DNA of 64,000 nt from Paraspadella gotoi (Eukaryota; Animalia; Chaetognatha), in the NCBI GenBank assembly GCA_051294375.1, contig JBJCIZ010000239.1:167625-231624 (forward strand), read 5' to 3'. Under the pieces are notes generated by a model, which did no database searches, was not told the DNA's origin, and saw nothing but the letters and a program-made list of their open reading frames with translations. The position numbers were made by a program, and so were the translations under genes. The stretch's first letter is position 1. Each line of letters begins with the position of its first letter. Below are positions 1-11,700 of this stretch, one piece after another.

Positions 1-447
1 AATCACTTAGCATTCGTAGAATTATTGTTCAAAGAATCTTGGGTTCATTCTCATCTCACGATTTAGCAACAATGCCAGTGGATATTCTGTTATTTCGTGG
101 TTATATTTAAAACTTGATTCAGACAATAGACATGTTAATATGAGAGAAAAGTTTATGATCACTTTAATACCAATAAAAATAGTTCATTGTCCACTTTTCA
201 CCTTACTTAAATCATATCTTACGTTACTCTTCTCCCGCGAGAATCTAGACTCCTTCGGCTTTGGAACTCTCAGCACCGAATCCAATACTATTTAATATCG
301 CCTTTGGTCCGCGCGGAAGTGGAATTATCTAACGCGGACGCGCCCCCTTAATTCCTCTTTGCGGGCTATGAACCTACAGAAAGGAAACTATCTTTTACAC
401 GCCGTCACGCATGCAAATTTCATTAGGTCTCCACTTTAATTACGAAG

Positions 448-478
<31 letters not shown>

Positions 479-2276
479 CAGAGGAGAGGAATTTAGTTTC
501 TGCAAATTGTTTATTGTTGGTTTTTTTTAGTTTTTGGTTTAACCGCAGTAGTTCAACAAAAAAATTTAAAATTTCGACTTACTGATTACTCGGATGAGGG
601 CAGATTCACAAACTTTAATTACTAACGAGTAAATTATCTAAATAGCTGATGAATGAAGTAACCGGAATGTTTGACCAATAAAAATCTTCCCTTAATGTAG
701 TTCAATAATTACGGGTATTTTTTAGTCAATAACCCACTCTCATATATTAAACAGCGGGGTTTAAGGGAAAAATTTTTTGCAAAAAAGATATAAAAGAACC
801 CCTATACCTCTTTTAGTTCCCCACCGGGGAACACGGTAGGAGAAATTGATTTTATGTATTTGATTTTTTTCTTTAAAAATAAAAAGAAAAAAAACCCCTC
901 TTAAAAGAAAATTATTCCCCCCTCCTTTCCCTCAAAACCAACAAAAAAACAAGACGCAACGGGAGAGGAGAGAGGAAGAAGAGCAGAGAGAGAGGTCTAG
1001 TTTTTAAATTTAGTCACGGAAGATGAGGAGAGATTGGATCTGCTGCAAAGTTTATACGCTAATGCGAGTTATAACTAAAACGTAATATTGACTAACATTA
1101 AGGGAGAATATTATGGTCAAGGACTCCTACTCATTCGGTCCAGCTATTTAATAAATTTAACTGCGAATTATATTAGAAAGAAGAGGTTTGAAATATCTCA
1201 GGTACCGAACATATACAAGGTGTCGAATTTATTTGTTGAGTCATAAAGGTTAAAAAGCACACAAAAAACTGAAAAACGCAAAGAACAATGCAGGGACTAA
1301 ATATCTGGACAATCACTGCTCCAGGTAGCGCCGAACCTCCATACTGCTACATCTCTCTCACTACTCTCCTCATGGCTCGTAAATTAAAGAGTGGAAGATC
1401 TTTAAAATGAAACTTTGGGCATGCAGTGACGGACTAAAAAAGAGTTTTCCATTTAGGTGTGGTTCATAGCACAGGAGGTTAGGGAGGGCGCGTCCGGTAG
1501 ATATTCCCAGCGTGATCCGCAGGTGCCTTAAGGATATAATGGAGGGTTTATTACGCACGGATCGTGGAGAGATTACCAAGCCAGAGAAGAGTCTAGATTT
1601 CAGCGAGAAGGATAAGTAAGAGGATATGAGTTAGATAAGAGGTGAAGATGACATGAAAACTATTTTGGTATTGTAATATAGAAGGATCAATAAAACTTTT
1701 TCACTCATAAATACATGTCTATTCTGTCAAGTGGGTTTAAATATACACGAAAAATAACAAATATCATTCCGCATTGTTCGAGTACACTGACCGAGAGCAC
1801 AATGACAAGATTTTGAGAACATAATTCTATCACGATCTAAGTGATGATTCCATGACTTCTATGACTGAGCCTAATTGAAACGAAGATATCGAACCTCTGG
1901 TTCTTCGTACATGGGCCTACTTTTGAGCGGTTAAAAGCATAAAACAGGTAGATAGTGACAACGAAAACGCCAGATCGAGCAGAAGCTCATCACTTTCCTA
2001 CTTCTCTCTCTTCTCTATCTCTTCTCTCGTCACCTCTCTCCATACGGCTTCTCGGAGTCTCTCTCTCGTCGACTCTCTCTATGACTGAGGAACGCACAAA
2101 AAGAGTATTAGACCCGCAGCGGCGCGCCAGATTTTTATTTTAGGCCAGGGCGACAGTATCAGGCGATAAAAATCCGTTACGAGAAATAATCCTGACTTCT
2201 CTCAGAACGAACATAACTTTGAAGACGAACGACGGCACAGGGACGACGTAAAACGAAGCCGAAAGAAGCGACAGGA

Positions 2277-2456
2277 TGTACCTGGTTAACGACGAGACGA
2301 CCGACAAATTTGAGTTGGTCGACCGTTTACGCGGTTACATGTCCTGAGAGAGCTCATGGTAGGTCGTGAAGCCCCATGCTTCTTTGCCCTTCCGCATCCT
2401 CAGTCCTCTTCCTCGTCCCCTTGTCCCAGTAGGACCTCGGCCACTGGGTCGATTGT
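2277..2456 (-). CDS. Possible exon with an F-box-like motif (noisy sequence)
   Basis: GC-rich segment bounded by ttctcgcag and AG|gtacat on the minus strand. Across indels it reads TIDPVAEVLLGQGDEEED.EDAEGQRSMGLHDLP.EL.QD...VDQLKFVGRLV. Confidence 0.25.
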
Positions 2457-2733
2457 CTGCGAGAAGCAAAGGCCGCAACTTCACTTCTTCTTCTTTTCTT
2501 CTTTTCTCTTTTTTGTTTCTCCGTATTCTTCTTTTTTTGTCTTCTCTCGCTTTGACTTTTTATTTGGATCGCGAAACAGAATGCATTTCGATAGTTTCGG
2601 TGGGGGAGTCGTCGGCGGCGGCGCAGGCAGGCGAGTTCGGTTATTCTCTATGGCTAGCACTTCGGGCATTCTCCACTCGCCGAAGTGAGAGAGAGAGAGA
2701 GAGAGAGAGAGAGGAAGAGAGAGAGATGAAGAG

Positions 2734-2772
<39 letters not shown>

Positions 2773-3238
2773 GAGAGAGAGAGATTTTATTTTATTAGAT
2801 TTATTATGCACAAAATGTGAAAGTTTAATACAGTAACAATGCAATTGTTAATGAGCTGTACTTATATATGTATGTACTCATTATTTAAAAAATGTAAACA
2901 AATTAGCAATAAAATTACAATGTGGACTGACTATATGCATAGTTTACAATTTCAGTGTTTACAAATAGATCCCGTTCCTTTTTTAACATTCCACACTCTC
3001 TCTATACGAATCATGATATGCTTTAGTTTTTCTATGTTATTTGAGTATATATAAGAAAAGGGTATTTTATCAAGATTGCACATAAAATTTATGATTATAT
3101 TTAGGACAATAATTTAGTCTATGTTCTTCATCGTCTTGCTTGTTGAATTTTTCACAGGTTTAATTTATGGTAGAATTATAGTTCTTGCCGCACTCAAGCA
3201 TTCGAGAGAGAGAGAGAGAGACGAGAAAGAGAGAGAGA

Positions 3239-3290
<52 letters not shown>

Positions 3291-3580
3291 AGGAGAGAAG
3301 GAGAGAGAGAGAGAGAGAGAGGAGAAAGAGAGAGAAGGGAGAGAGAGAGAGAGAGAGAGAGAGGCTTTTGTGGTCTTATTTCATCCATTGAATGTCGTTA
3401 AGAAACATTAAAAACTAAACGACATTTTATCCAAAAACTATTTGAATATTGTTACACTGTTGTTTTTGTTGTTATTTATTTCTAAGAAATGAATAAGGAT
3501 TTTCTGTCCCGAGTTTTTTTTTTCGGTTTCTTGCCGACGAAAGAAACGATTGTATTGACCCGGAGGAAATAGAGAGAGAG

Positions 3581-3630
<50 letters not shown>

Positions 3631-6521
3631 GAGAGAGAGAGACGGTGACAGACGCCATTGTATTCCATTCCATGTGGAAACAAGAGAAGCGGACCCGATG
3701 CATCGGAAAGGTCACATTCTCTACTCTTCTCTCTCTCTCTCTCTCTCTCTCTGCTTACTCTCTCTCTCATCTCTCTCTCTTTTCTCTCTCTTCTCACTCT
3801 CTCAGTCACGTTCTTTTCACACCTCGCCCATTCTCCCCAATCACGAAAATGCCGGCGCGGATCAAAGTCCTCCATGAATTTTTTGAGTCTAGTCTCACGT
3901 TTTTTTTCTTTCCTCTTTTCCTCTCTTTTTGTTGTCTTCGTTTGCTTTCATTTATTCTTGCTTTCTTTTTCTCTCCTCTCTCTCTTTTGTGTCTTTCTGT
4001 CTTTTCTTTATTCTCTTATTTGCTTCTTTTTCTTTCTCTTCCTCTCTTTTGTGTCTTTCGTTCTTTATTTCATTATTTGCTTTTCTTCTCTTCCTCTTTC
4101 TTCTCTTATTGTTATTGCTCTCTCTTTCTCTGTTGTTCTCTTCATTTTATATCTTTTCTCCTCTTATCTCTCTTTTCCTCTTGTTCTCTATTGTGTCTTT
4201 CTTTCTTCATTTATTCTTATTGCTTCTTTTTCTTCCTCTTTCCTCTCTTTTGTTTGTCTTGCTTTTCTTTCATTTTTTCTTATTTACTTCTTTTTCTTCC
4301 TTTTTCCTCTCTTTTTTCTCTCTTTTCTTTCTTCTTTTCTTATTTGCTTCTTTTTCTTTCTTTTTCCTCTCTTTTGTCTTCTCTCTTTTCTTTCCTACAT
4401 TCTCATTTGCTTCTTTTTCTTTTATCTCTCCTCTTTTTTTTCTCTCTTTTATTTATTTTTTTTCTCTTTCCTCTCAATGTTTTCTTTCCTTCTATTCTTC
4501 ATTCTTATTTGTCTTTTTTGTTTCTTTTCTTAATCTAATGGGTTCCTCTCTGTTTTCTCCACCATTTAATCTTTGATATTTTTCAATAAACTAAGTTGGA
4601 TTTCCTACTATTTTCTTTGCCAGTTGTGATCAGCGGCTGGCCTTCTCAACTTCTTCTAGATATAACAAATATATATAACAATAATATTTTCCAAACAGGA
4701 ATTGAGTGTAAATATCTATTAGAAAACTGGAAACCTTTGGGTTGTTTAGATGCACGTCAACCCATCCATTAACAAAATAATAATTACCATTTATTATCCT
4801 CCATTTAACCACAAAAAAAAACCTTTTTAACAAAATAAAGATAGATCAATTCATATAGGATAATAGTATAGCTAATTAAATGCTATAAAAAACTAAAAAT
4901 TCAAAGATACCGTGTAAAGCAGCGTATATTAATTAGTTGAAATAATTAATTCCCAGATTGAATATTATTTTTTTATTCCGTGTTCAAAAGTCGAATGGTT
5001 TTCCACTTTCCTCGGCTCTTCGCCTTCATCAATTCACCAAACACCCACCATATGCCTCGATCATAATTAATAATTAATGTTAAGATTATTGAATTAAATT
5101 AATTATAATTAATACTAAGAAATACTTAAATTAATTAATTACTCCCTCCTCTTAAGCATAAACTCCAATATAAACTGGTGATGTGGTAGGATCGTGGAAT
5201 GAATGTATATTTTTGGTATGTGGGTAGTGGGGTTAAGTGGTGTGGTGATTGATCCGATATTAACGTTTCGATGAATATTCGTCCGAGTGGAAATGAGTTT
5301 AAATGAAAAAATAAGAAAAAAATCCTATTTCACTATTGAAATTTGCTATGTGGGTAGAAAGTGTGTTGAATGAAGCGTGAATATTCAAGTGTTTAGATGG
5401 ACACTCGTACTCGAAGTGGCTAAATATGAGCTTAAATGAAGTAAACATAGTTTGACGCAAACAATGTCGAATCTGCCCCTACGTAATTTAGCAAGTAATC
5501 CCAAGCCCCTAAACAGATATTATAATCACGATCCTCTTTGAGCATCATATACCTGAATAAAATGATCATTTTACAAAACAAAATAATAAAACAACCACTC
5601 TTATAAATAAGAAAATATATTAAATCAATTGATCCAATAAGTCAAAGAACCTGTGGCTCCGGCGCTCTAATCTCTTTTCAGAGCCGGATGTCGAACTGAA
5701 GTCTCGTTAACTGAACAAGCACATATTTTAATATTTTAATTATTAAAATAGAAAATTATTTTAATAATATAGTATATTAATATTGTTTTGTGCGAATTAT
5801 TTTTACTTTGCATAATATTTGTTAACTTGTGTTATAATTTTCTCTGTGAGATTTGCATAGAATTATTTTAAAGCTTTCTTAGATGCTTTTATGTAATACA
5901 ATTTTTATGGGCTAATCAAGATGAGTTTCCTTTAAAAAAAGACTAAATGTCTATAAAATTTTTTTTTTCAATTTCCTATGCATTTATGTAAATATTTAAA
6001 TGCTTCAATGTTATACTACTGCTTCACTCGTTAAAAAAGCGGGGATAAATTTTGGCCCGCCTATCACCCTGTGAATGTAAAGCGATCAGAATCAGAAAGA
6101 GATCAAAGGAATGAAAATCACCTTGTCACCAACCTAAATTTCATGTTTGCTAGATTTTTTGCGAAACGAAAGGATATTCCAAATGTACATTGTTGTATTG
6201 TACGTCGGGCACGAACTGAAGGTGTCAGGCGCTTAGAGGGACGGGGTGAACTTTTGCTATGCCCGGACTACATCATTATCCAAAATGAAAAAAAAAAAGT
6301 GACTGTAATCGAAAAAATCGAAAGTGGCGAAACAGTTCACGTAACAACCAAAGTTACTATCAAAATTGTGCGCACGGAAAATCTTGTCTTATCTCTTATT
6401 ATTTTAAGAAGTTACCCCTCTTTATATTAACTCCTTAATCAAGAACAAACAAATTTAATCTCCCGATTGAATAAAGACACTTCCAAATTCAAACTCTATC
6501 CCAATCCATGGGAATCAAAAC

Positions 6522-6817
6522 ATGAAACTCACCAAACAGCGGTTGGGACCATTCCTTTCGGCATCCTTTCTCACCGTCCCGCACCGCCCCGCCGCCACAG
6601 TACATTTGGTAACTAATCCTAAAAGAAATCGTCTTCAGCGTTTACATCTGGCTGGACCTTTCTCCCTCGACGGGAGAGAATTTCGAACTCGAAGTTGGAG
6701 GAGATTAGAATCTCGCGTGTGAGGTGCGACACGGCGAAAATGGGCCTGGATTGTCTTGAGAGAGGGTCGTGAGAGGCGATATCAATGCGATTAAGAAGGG
6801 CTAAGAATTGCGGTGGG
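6522..6817 (+). CDS. GCNT: GCNT/GT14 glycosyltransferase exon 1 (N-terminus, type II membrane anchor), noisy copy 1
   Basis: Indel-rich match to 20396-20645(-). Contains ...VFSVYIW... and ...VVRGDINAIKK..., resembling the stem motif after the TM segment of core-2 GlcNAc-transferases. End coordinate approximate. Confidence 0.55.
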
Positions 6818-7090
6818 GTAAAGACTAAGAACGGTTAGTTACGGATGTACAATCGAGCGTTCTTAAAGATGACAAAGGATTAAGATATTTTAAATCCAAT
6901 CTATTATATTTTACACGTAAATGAGGTCTTAATGTATTAATCGACTTGATTGATAATCTTTTTTTTTTTTGTTATAGTGTCAGTCTTCGTTGTCGTGAAA
7001 ATCGGTCATTTTTTTTTAGTGCTTGATGTTGTGAATTCGTAAGAATCAGTAGTTTTTTTGTCTCCCCCCTAAATATCTTTCATTCGTCAG

Positions 7091-7410
7091 ACCCGCGGAT
7101 CTTTCTCCTTCCGAAAGACGTTAATCGTACTTCACGCAATGACGTCCAGTTGCTCATCTCTTCAAATCTCGTCTGGGTTTTCGAGGCGGAAAGGAAAATC
7201 TCTCTTTCTCGCTCTCCTCTGGCCTTTGCCGTCCTGACCCACGTCGTCGTTATTTCCGAACAGAACGCTTCGGACTCCTGCGCGCCCTCACCGGCGGAAA
7301 TGACGTCGTCTGCGCTTGCACGTGGACGCTAAAGCGAAACGGCCACACTAGGGCGGCGCTGAGGAGAGTTGGGACGCTGTCTAGTATGGCGTCGGTTCGT
7401 AGAAAAAGAG
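7091..7410 (+). CDS. GCNT: GCNT exon 2, noisy copy 1 (frameshifted)
   Basis: Same acceptor (cgtcag|ACC) and donor (GAG|gctagt) as 17107-17414. RSPLAFAVLTH is readable, with many scattered single-base indels. Confidence 0.65.
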
Positions 7411-7483
7411 GCTAGTTTCATTTACTTTTTTTTATTTCTACGGCTTATATATATAACAATCTATATACATTATAATATATATA

Positions 7484-7789
7484 TGTGGATTGCGCTAAGT
7501 GGTGGTCTCTGAAAAGATGCTGATCCGTAACGTTCTTATAACCCCCTCAAGCAGCCATGCAACGAGGTCCTGGCTTGGAACCAGGCTTTGGAGGGTTTGC
7601 CATGCCCCCAAGGCGGCTTTACGGCCGTCCTTCAACGCTTTCCCGCAGTGGTATGGTACCGGGTTGGGATTGAAACGGTTACCAGTGGTCATGAGTGATG
7701 GCTTTTTTACTCAATTGACGCCACCGGGTCACAACTGAAAGTGTCATGGATTCTAGCGGTGGTGAACCTAGGCAATGCACCGACGTACA
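7484..7789 (+). mobile_element. ~310-bp solo-LTR-like element (family A) in a (TA)n tract of GCNT intron 2
   Basis: TGTGG...TACA ends. Homologous to 19469-19768(-), 46396-46710 and 51887-52197; absent at the equivalent site 17737-17756. Confidence 0.7.
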
Positions 7790-8133
7790 GTATACATTAG
7801 TCATGATGCGTATGTGGTTCGCTTTTGTGTTTTTTCTGTTTTTATTTTTTACCTCTATGATTTATCTATTTTTATTATTTAGTTAATTCCCGAAGTCACC
7901 TTACCATTTTATGGATTTAAAAAAAAATATACATTATCCGGAAAAAAAAAAACATTCTGTGGCGGTACATATTTCACACCGCCCTTCACATCCAACACCG
8001 ATCAGCCCATCTCATGTAAACTTGTTCGCAATGCTCCCAACTAAATTCAGGTGAAATAAGTCGTAAATCGATATTTTCTTTGTTTTCTTTTTCCAAAAGA
8101 TAAAGTTTCGATGTTTCCGCGTTCATCTTTCAG

Positions 8134-8282
8134 AATTAATGTGGTTTGGGCCCGATAATGTCCCTCGTGGACGGGCTCTGCTTTCATTGCGGCGCCACTC
8201 TGCTGGGCCCATGGACGTTTCAGTGGGACGCACGTTATCAACTTTGCGTCGACGGCGTTTTTCGTTGGCGACCAACGACGAG
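8134..8282 (+). CDS. GCNT: GCNT exon 3, noisy copy 1
   Basis: Indel-rich match to 18057-18195 with the same splice sites. Confidence 0.65.
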
Positions 8283-8444
8283 GTTATTTCTGCTTGAGAG
8301 ATTTCGTACACTGTTAGTTTTTGAGTCGCGCCGCGAGCGCCTCCTCCAAAAGCTGAGCAACTCTATTGTTTGAGAAATATCAAGAAGCAAGTGTTATTGG
8401 TCTACTTCGAGTCGTCGTAAACCGAACATCGGTGTGATACCTCA

Positions 8445-8632
8445 CCCTAGTCGTCCATCGGTTTTTACCACCCACTCCGTCAGTTTTTACTACCCTACTT
8501 CGTCAGGTTTTTTACCACCCTACTCCGTCAGTTTTTTACTAGTCCCCTATCCGTCAGTTTCTTACCTACCCCTGAACCCGGGTCGAGTTTTTACTACCCT
8601 ATCGATCGGTAGTTTTTACACCCTACTTCCAG
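8445..8632 (+). repeat. ~22-bp minisatellite (CCCTACTCCGTCAGTTTTTACYA) in GCNT intron 3; also 18330-18523 and 18700-18878(-)
   Basis: Visible tandem units; the last unit supplies the exon 4 acceptor (ctccgtcag). Confidence 0.75.
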
Positions 8633-8636
8633 TCAG

Positions 8637-8773
8637 ATCGCCGCCACTATCTGGATTTTTATCGAAGGACGAAAATCTCGTTCACGAGATGTTGAATCGA
8701 CCGCATATTGGCAGGCGCGCGGATCCGGATGAACGAAAGATCCTACCACCTGGGCAGAGTTAAACTGGTTAAG
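8637..8773 (+). CDS. GCNT: GCNT exon 4, noisy copy 1
   Basis: gtcag|ATCG... to ...AGAGTTAAACTGGTTAAG|gt; ends RVKLVK, which joins in phase 0 to GSQY of exon 5. Confidence 0.55.
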
Positions 8774-11700
8774 GTACCTGTGTTNNNNNNNNNNNNNNNN
8801 NNNNNNNNNGAGAGAGAGAGAGAGAGAGAGGTTTTGTGCTATTCATCCCATTAATGTCGTTAAGAAACTTAAAAACTAAACGACATTTTATCCAAAACTA
8901 TTTGAATATTGTTACACTGTTGTTTTTGTTGTTATTTATTTCTAAGAAATGAATAAGAGATTTTCTGTNNNNNNNNNNNNNNNNNNNNNNNNNNNNNNNN
9001 NNNNNNNNNNNNNNNNNNNNNNNNNNNNNNNNNNNNNNNNNNNNNNNNNNNNNNNNNNNNNNNNNNNNNNNNNNNNNNNNNNNNNNNNNNNNNNNNNNNN
9101 NNNNNNNNNNNNNNNNNNNNNNNNNNNNNNNNNNNNNNNNNNNNNNNNNNNNNNNNNNNNNNNNNNNNNNNNNNNNNNNNNNNNNNNNNNNNNNNNNNNN
9201 NNNNNNNNNNNNNNNNNNNNNNNNNNNNNNNNNNNNNNNNNNNNNNNNNNNNNNNNNNNNNNNNNNNNNNNNNNNNNNNNNNNNNNNNNATTTTTTTTAA
9301 ATTTATATAAATATGTAAGTTGTGCTGCAGTAACAGCTCAGTCTAATCCGTTGAAAAACGATTGGCGCAGCCACAGGTTCTTTGACTTATTGATCAATTG
9401 ATTTTATATATATTTTCAATATTTATTAAGAGTGTGTTATTATTTGTTTTGTTATGATCACTTATCAGTTTATGATCTCAAGAGATCGTGATTATTATCT
9501 GTTTAGGCTGATTACTGCTAAATTATCGTAGGCAGATTCGACATTGTTTGCTCAAACTTGTTTCCATTTAAACTCATTTCTCCACTCGGACGATTCCATC
9601 TAAACTTGATTTCACGCTTCATCCAACACTTTCCTACCCACATAGCAAGAATTTCAAATAGTGAAATAGGATTTTTTTTTTCTAATTTTTCATTTAAACT
9701 CATTCCACTCGGACGATCTCATCGAAACTTAATATCCGGATCAATCACACACTTCCCTACCCACTCACAAAATTTCATTTTCATTCCATCCATCCAATCA
9801 CCAGTTAATTGGAGTTTAATGCTAAGGGGGAGTAATTAATTAATTATTAATTTTTGTAATTAATTAAATATTAATTAATTACAAATAATTAACAATTAAT
9901 TATTAATTATGATCGAGATTGTTGTTTTGTGATTGATAGGCGAGACAAAGTGGAAAACGATTTTGACACGAATAAAAAAAATATAATAATTAATTGGAAT
10001 TAATTATTTCATTAATTAATATACGTGTTCACTATCTTTTATTTTTATTTTTAGATTTAAAAGTAACTATTATTTATGATTTCTATTTTTTTTGTTAAAA
10101 TTTTTTTTGTGTTAAATATTTAAATGTAATATTATTTTTGTTTTTGATGGGGACGTGCATCTAAACAACCCAAGGTTTCCAGTTTTCTAATAGATATCGT
10201 ACACTCATTCCTGTTGGAAAATATTATTGTTATATATATTTGTTATATTCTAGAAGAAGTTGAGAAGGAGCGCTGATGACAAAACTGCAAAGAAATAGTA
10301 GGAAACCCTATTTATTGAAAAATATCAAAGAAAATGGTGGAAGAAAACAGAGAGAAACATTAGATTAAAAAGAAAAGAAACAAAAAAGACAAATAAGAAT
10401 GAAGAAAAGAAAGGAAAGAAAACATGAGAGGAAAGAGAAAAAAAATAAATAAAAGAGAGAAAAAAAAGAGGAGAGATAAAAGAAAAAGAAGCAAATGAGA
10501 ATTAGGAAAGAAAAGAGAAAGACAAAAGAGAGGAAAAAGGAAAGAAAAAGAAGCAATAAGAAAAGAAGAAGAAAAGAGGAAAAAAGAGAGGAAAAAGAAA
10601 GAAAAAGAAGTAAATAAGAAAAAATGAAAGAAAAGCAAGACAAACAAAAGAGAGGAAAGAGGAAGAAAAAGAGCAATAGAATAAATGAAGAAAGAAAGAC
10701 AACAAAAGAGAGGAAAGAGGAAAGAAAAAGAAGCAAATAAGAATAAATGAAAGAACAGAAAGACAACAAAAGAGAGGAAAGAGGAAAGAAAAAGAAGCAT
10801 AATAAATGAAAGAACATTATTAATAAATATAATAATTTAATATTTTGTTCATTATTTTTACTTGCATAATATTTTTAACTTGTATAATTTTTTTAATTTG
10901 CATAATTTTTTAAACTTTTCAACTTTTTGTAAACAATTTTTATGGGCTATCTAAATATGTTCTTAAAAAAGACAAATTCTAAAAATTTTTTTTTTTCATT
11001 TCCTATGCATTTATAAATATTTAAATGCTTCAATGTTATACTATGCTTCACTCGTTAAAAAGCGATAAATTTTGGCCCGCCTTATCACCCTGTGAAAGAA
11101 AGCGATCAGAATCAGAAAGAGATCAGAATGAAAATCACCTCAAACTAAATCATGTTTGCTATTTTTTGCGAACGAAATAATTACATTGTTGTCATTGTAG
11201 TCGGGTCACGACTGAAGGTGTCACGCTTAGAGGAGGGGTGAACTTTGCTATNNNNNNNNNNTCTTTTCTTATTTGCTTCTTTTTCTTTCCTTTTTCCTCT
11301 CTTTTGTTTTCTCTCTTTTCTTTCCTACATTCTCATTTGCTTCTTTTTCTTTTATCTCTCCTCTTTTTTTTCTCTCTTTTATTTTATTTTTTTTTCTCTT
11401 TCCTCTCTTATGTTTTCTTTCCTTTCTTTTCTTCATTCTTATTTGTCTTTTTTTGTTTCTTTTCTTTTTTAATCTAATGTTTCTCTCTGTTTCTTCCTCC
11501 ATTTTCTTTGATATTTTACAATAAAAGGCTTTCCTACTATTTTTTTGCAGTTCTGTCATCAGCGCTCCTTCTCAACTTCTTCTAGAATATAACAAATATA
11601 TATAACAATAATATTTTCTAATATTTCCTACAGGAATGATGTACGATATCTATTAGAAAACTGGAAAACCTTGTTGTGTTTAGGATGACACGTCCCCATT

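Noticed and set aside
2366-2640. Plus-strand ORF with a TM-like stretch as GCNT exon 1
   Set aside because: The hydrophobic part is a TTC/T-rich tract, and a better exon 1 with the GT14 stem motif exists at 6522 and 20645.
3645-4576. Long hydrophobic ORFs (200-440 aa) here and at 10360-10817, 22291-22894, 42713-44042, 47066-48727
   Set aside because: They are open in several frames only because CT/TTTC-rich low-complexity DNA lacks stop codons; there is no domain signal.
6522-8773. GCNT pseudogene cluster
   Set aside because: Lesions are random indels that differ between copies, as expected from raw-read error; not called pseudogenes without read evidence.
10268-10315. Hammerhead-like CTGATGA...GAAAC (also 22240, and 11530-11560 on the minus strand)
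   Set aside because: No convincing stem II or stem III; at best a fully decayed motif.
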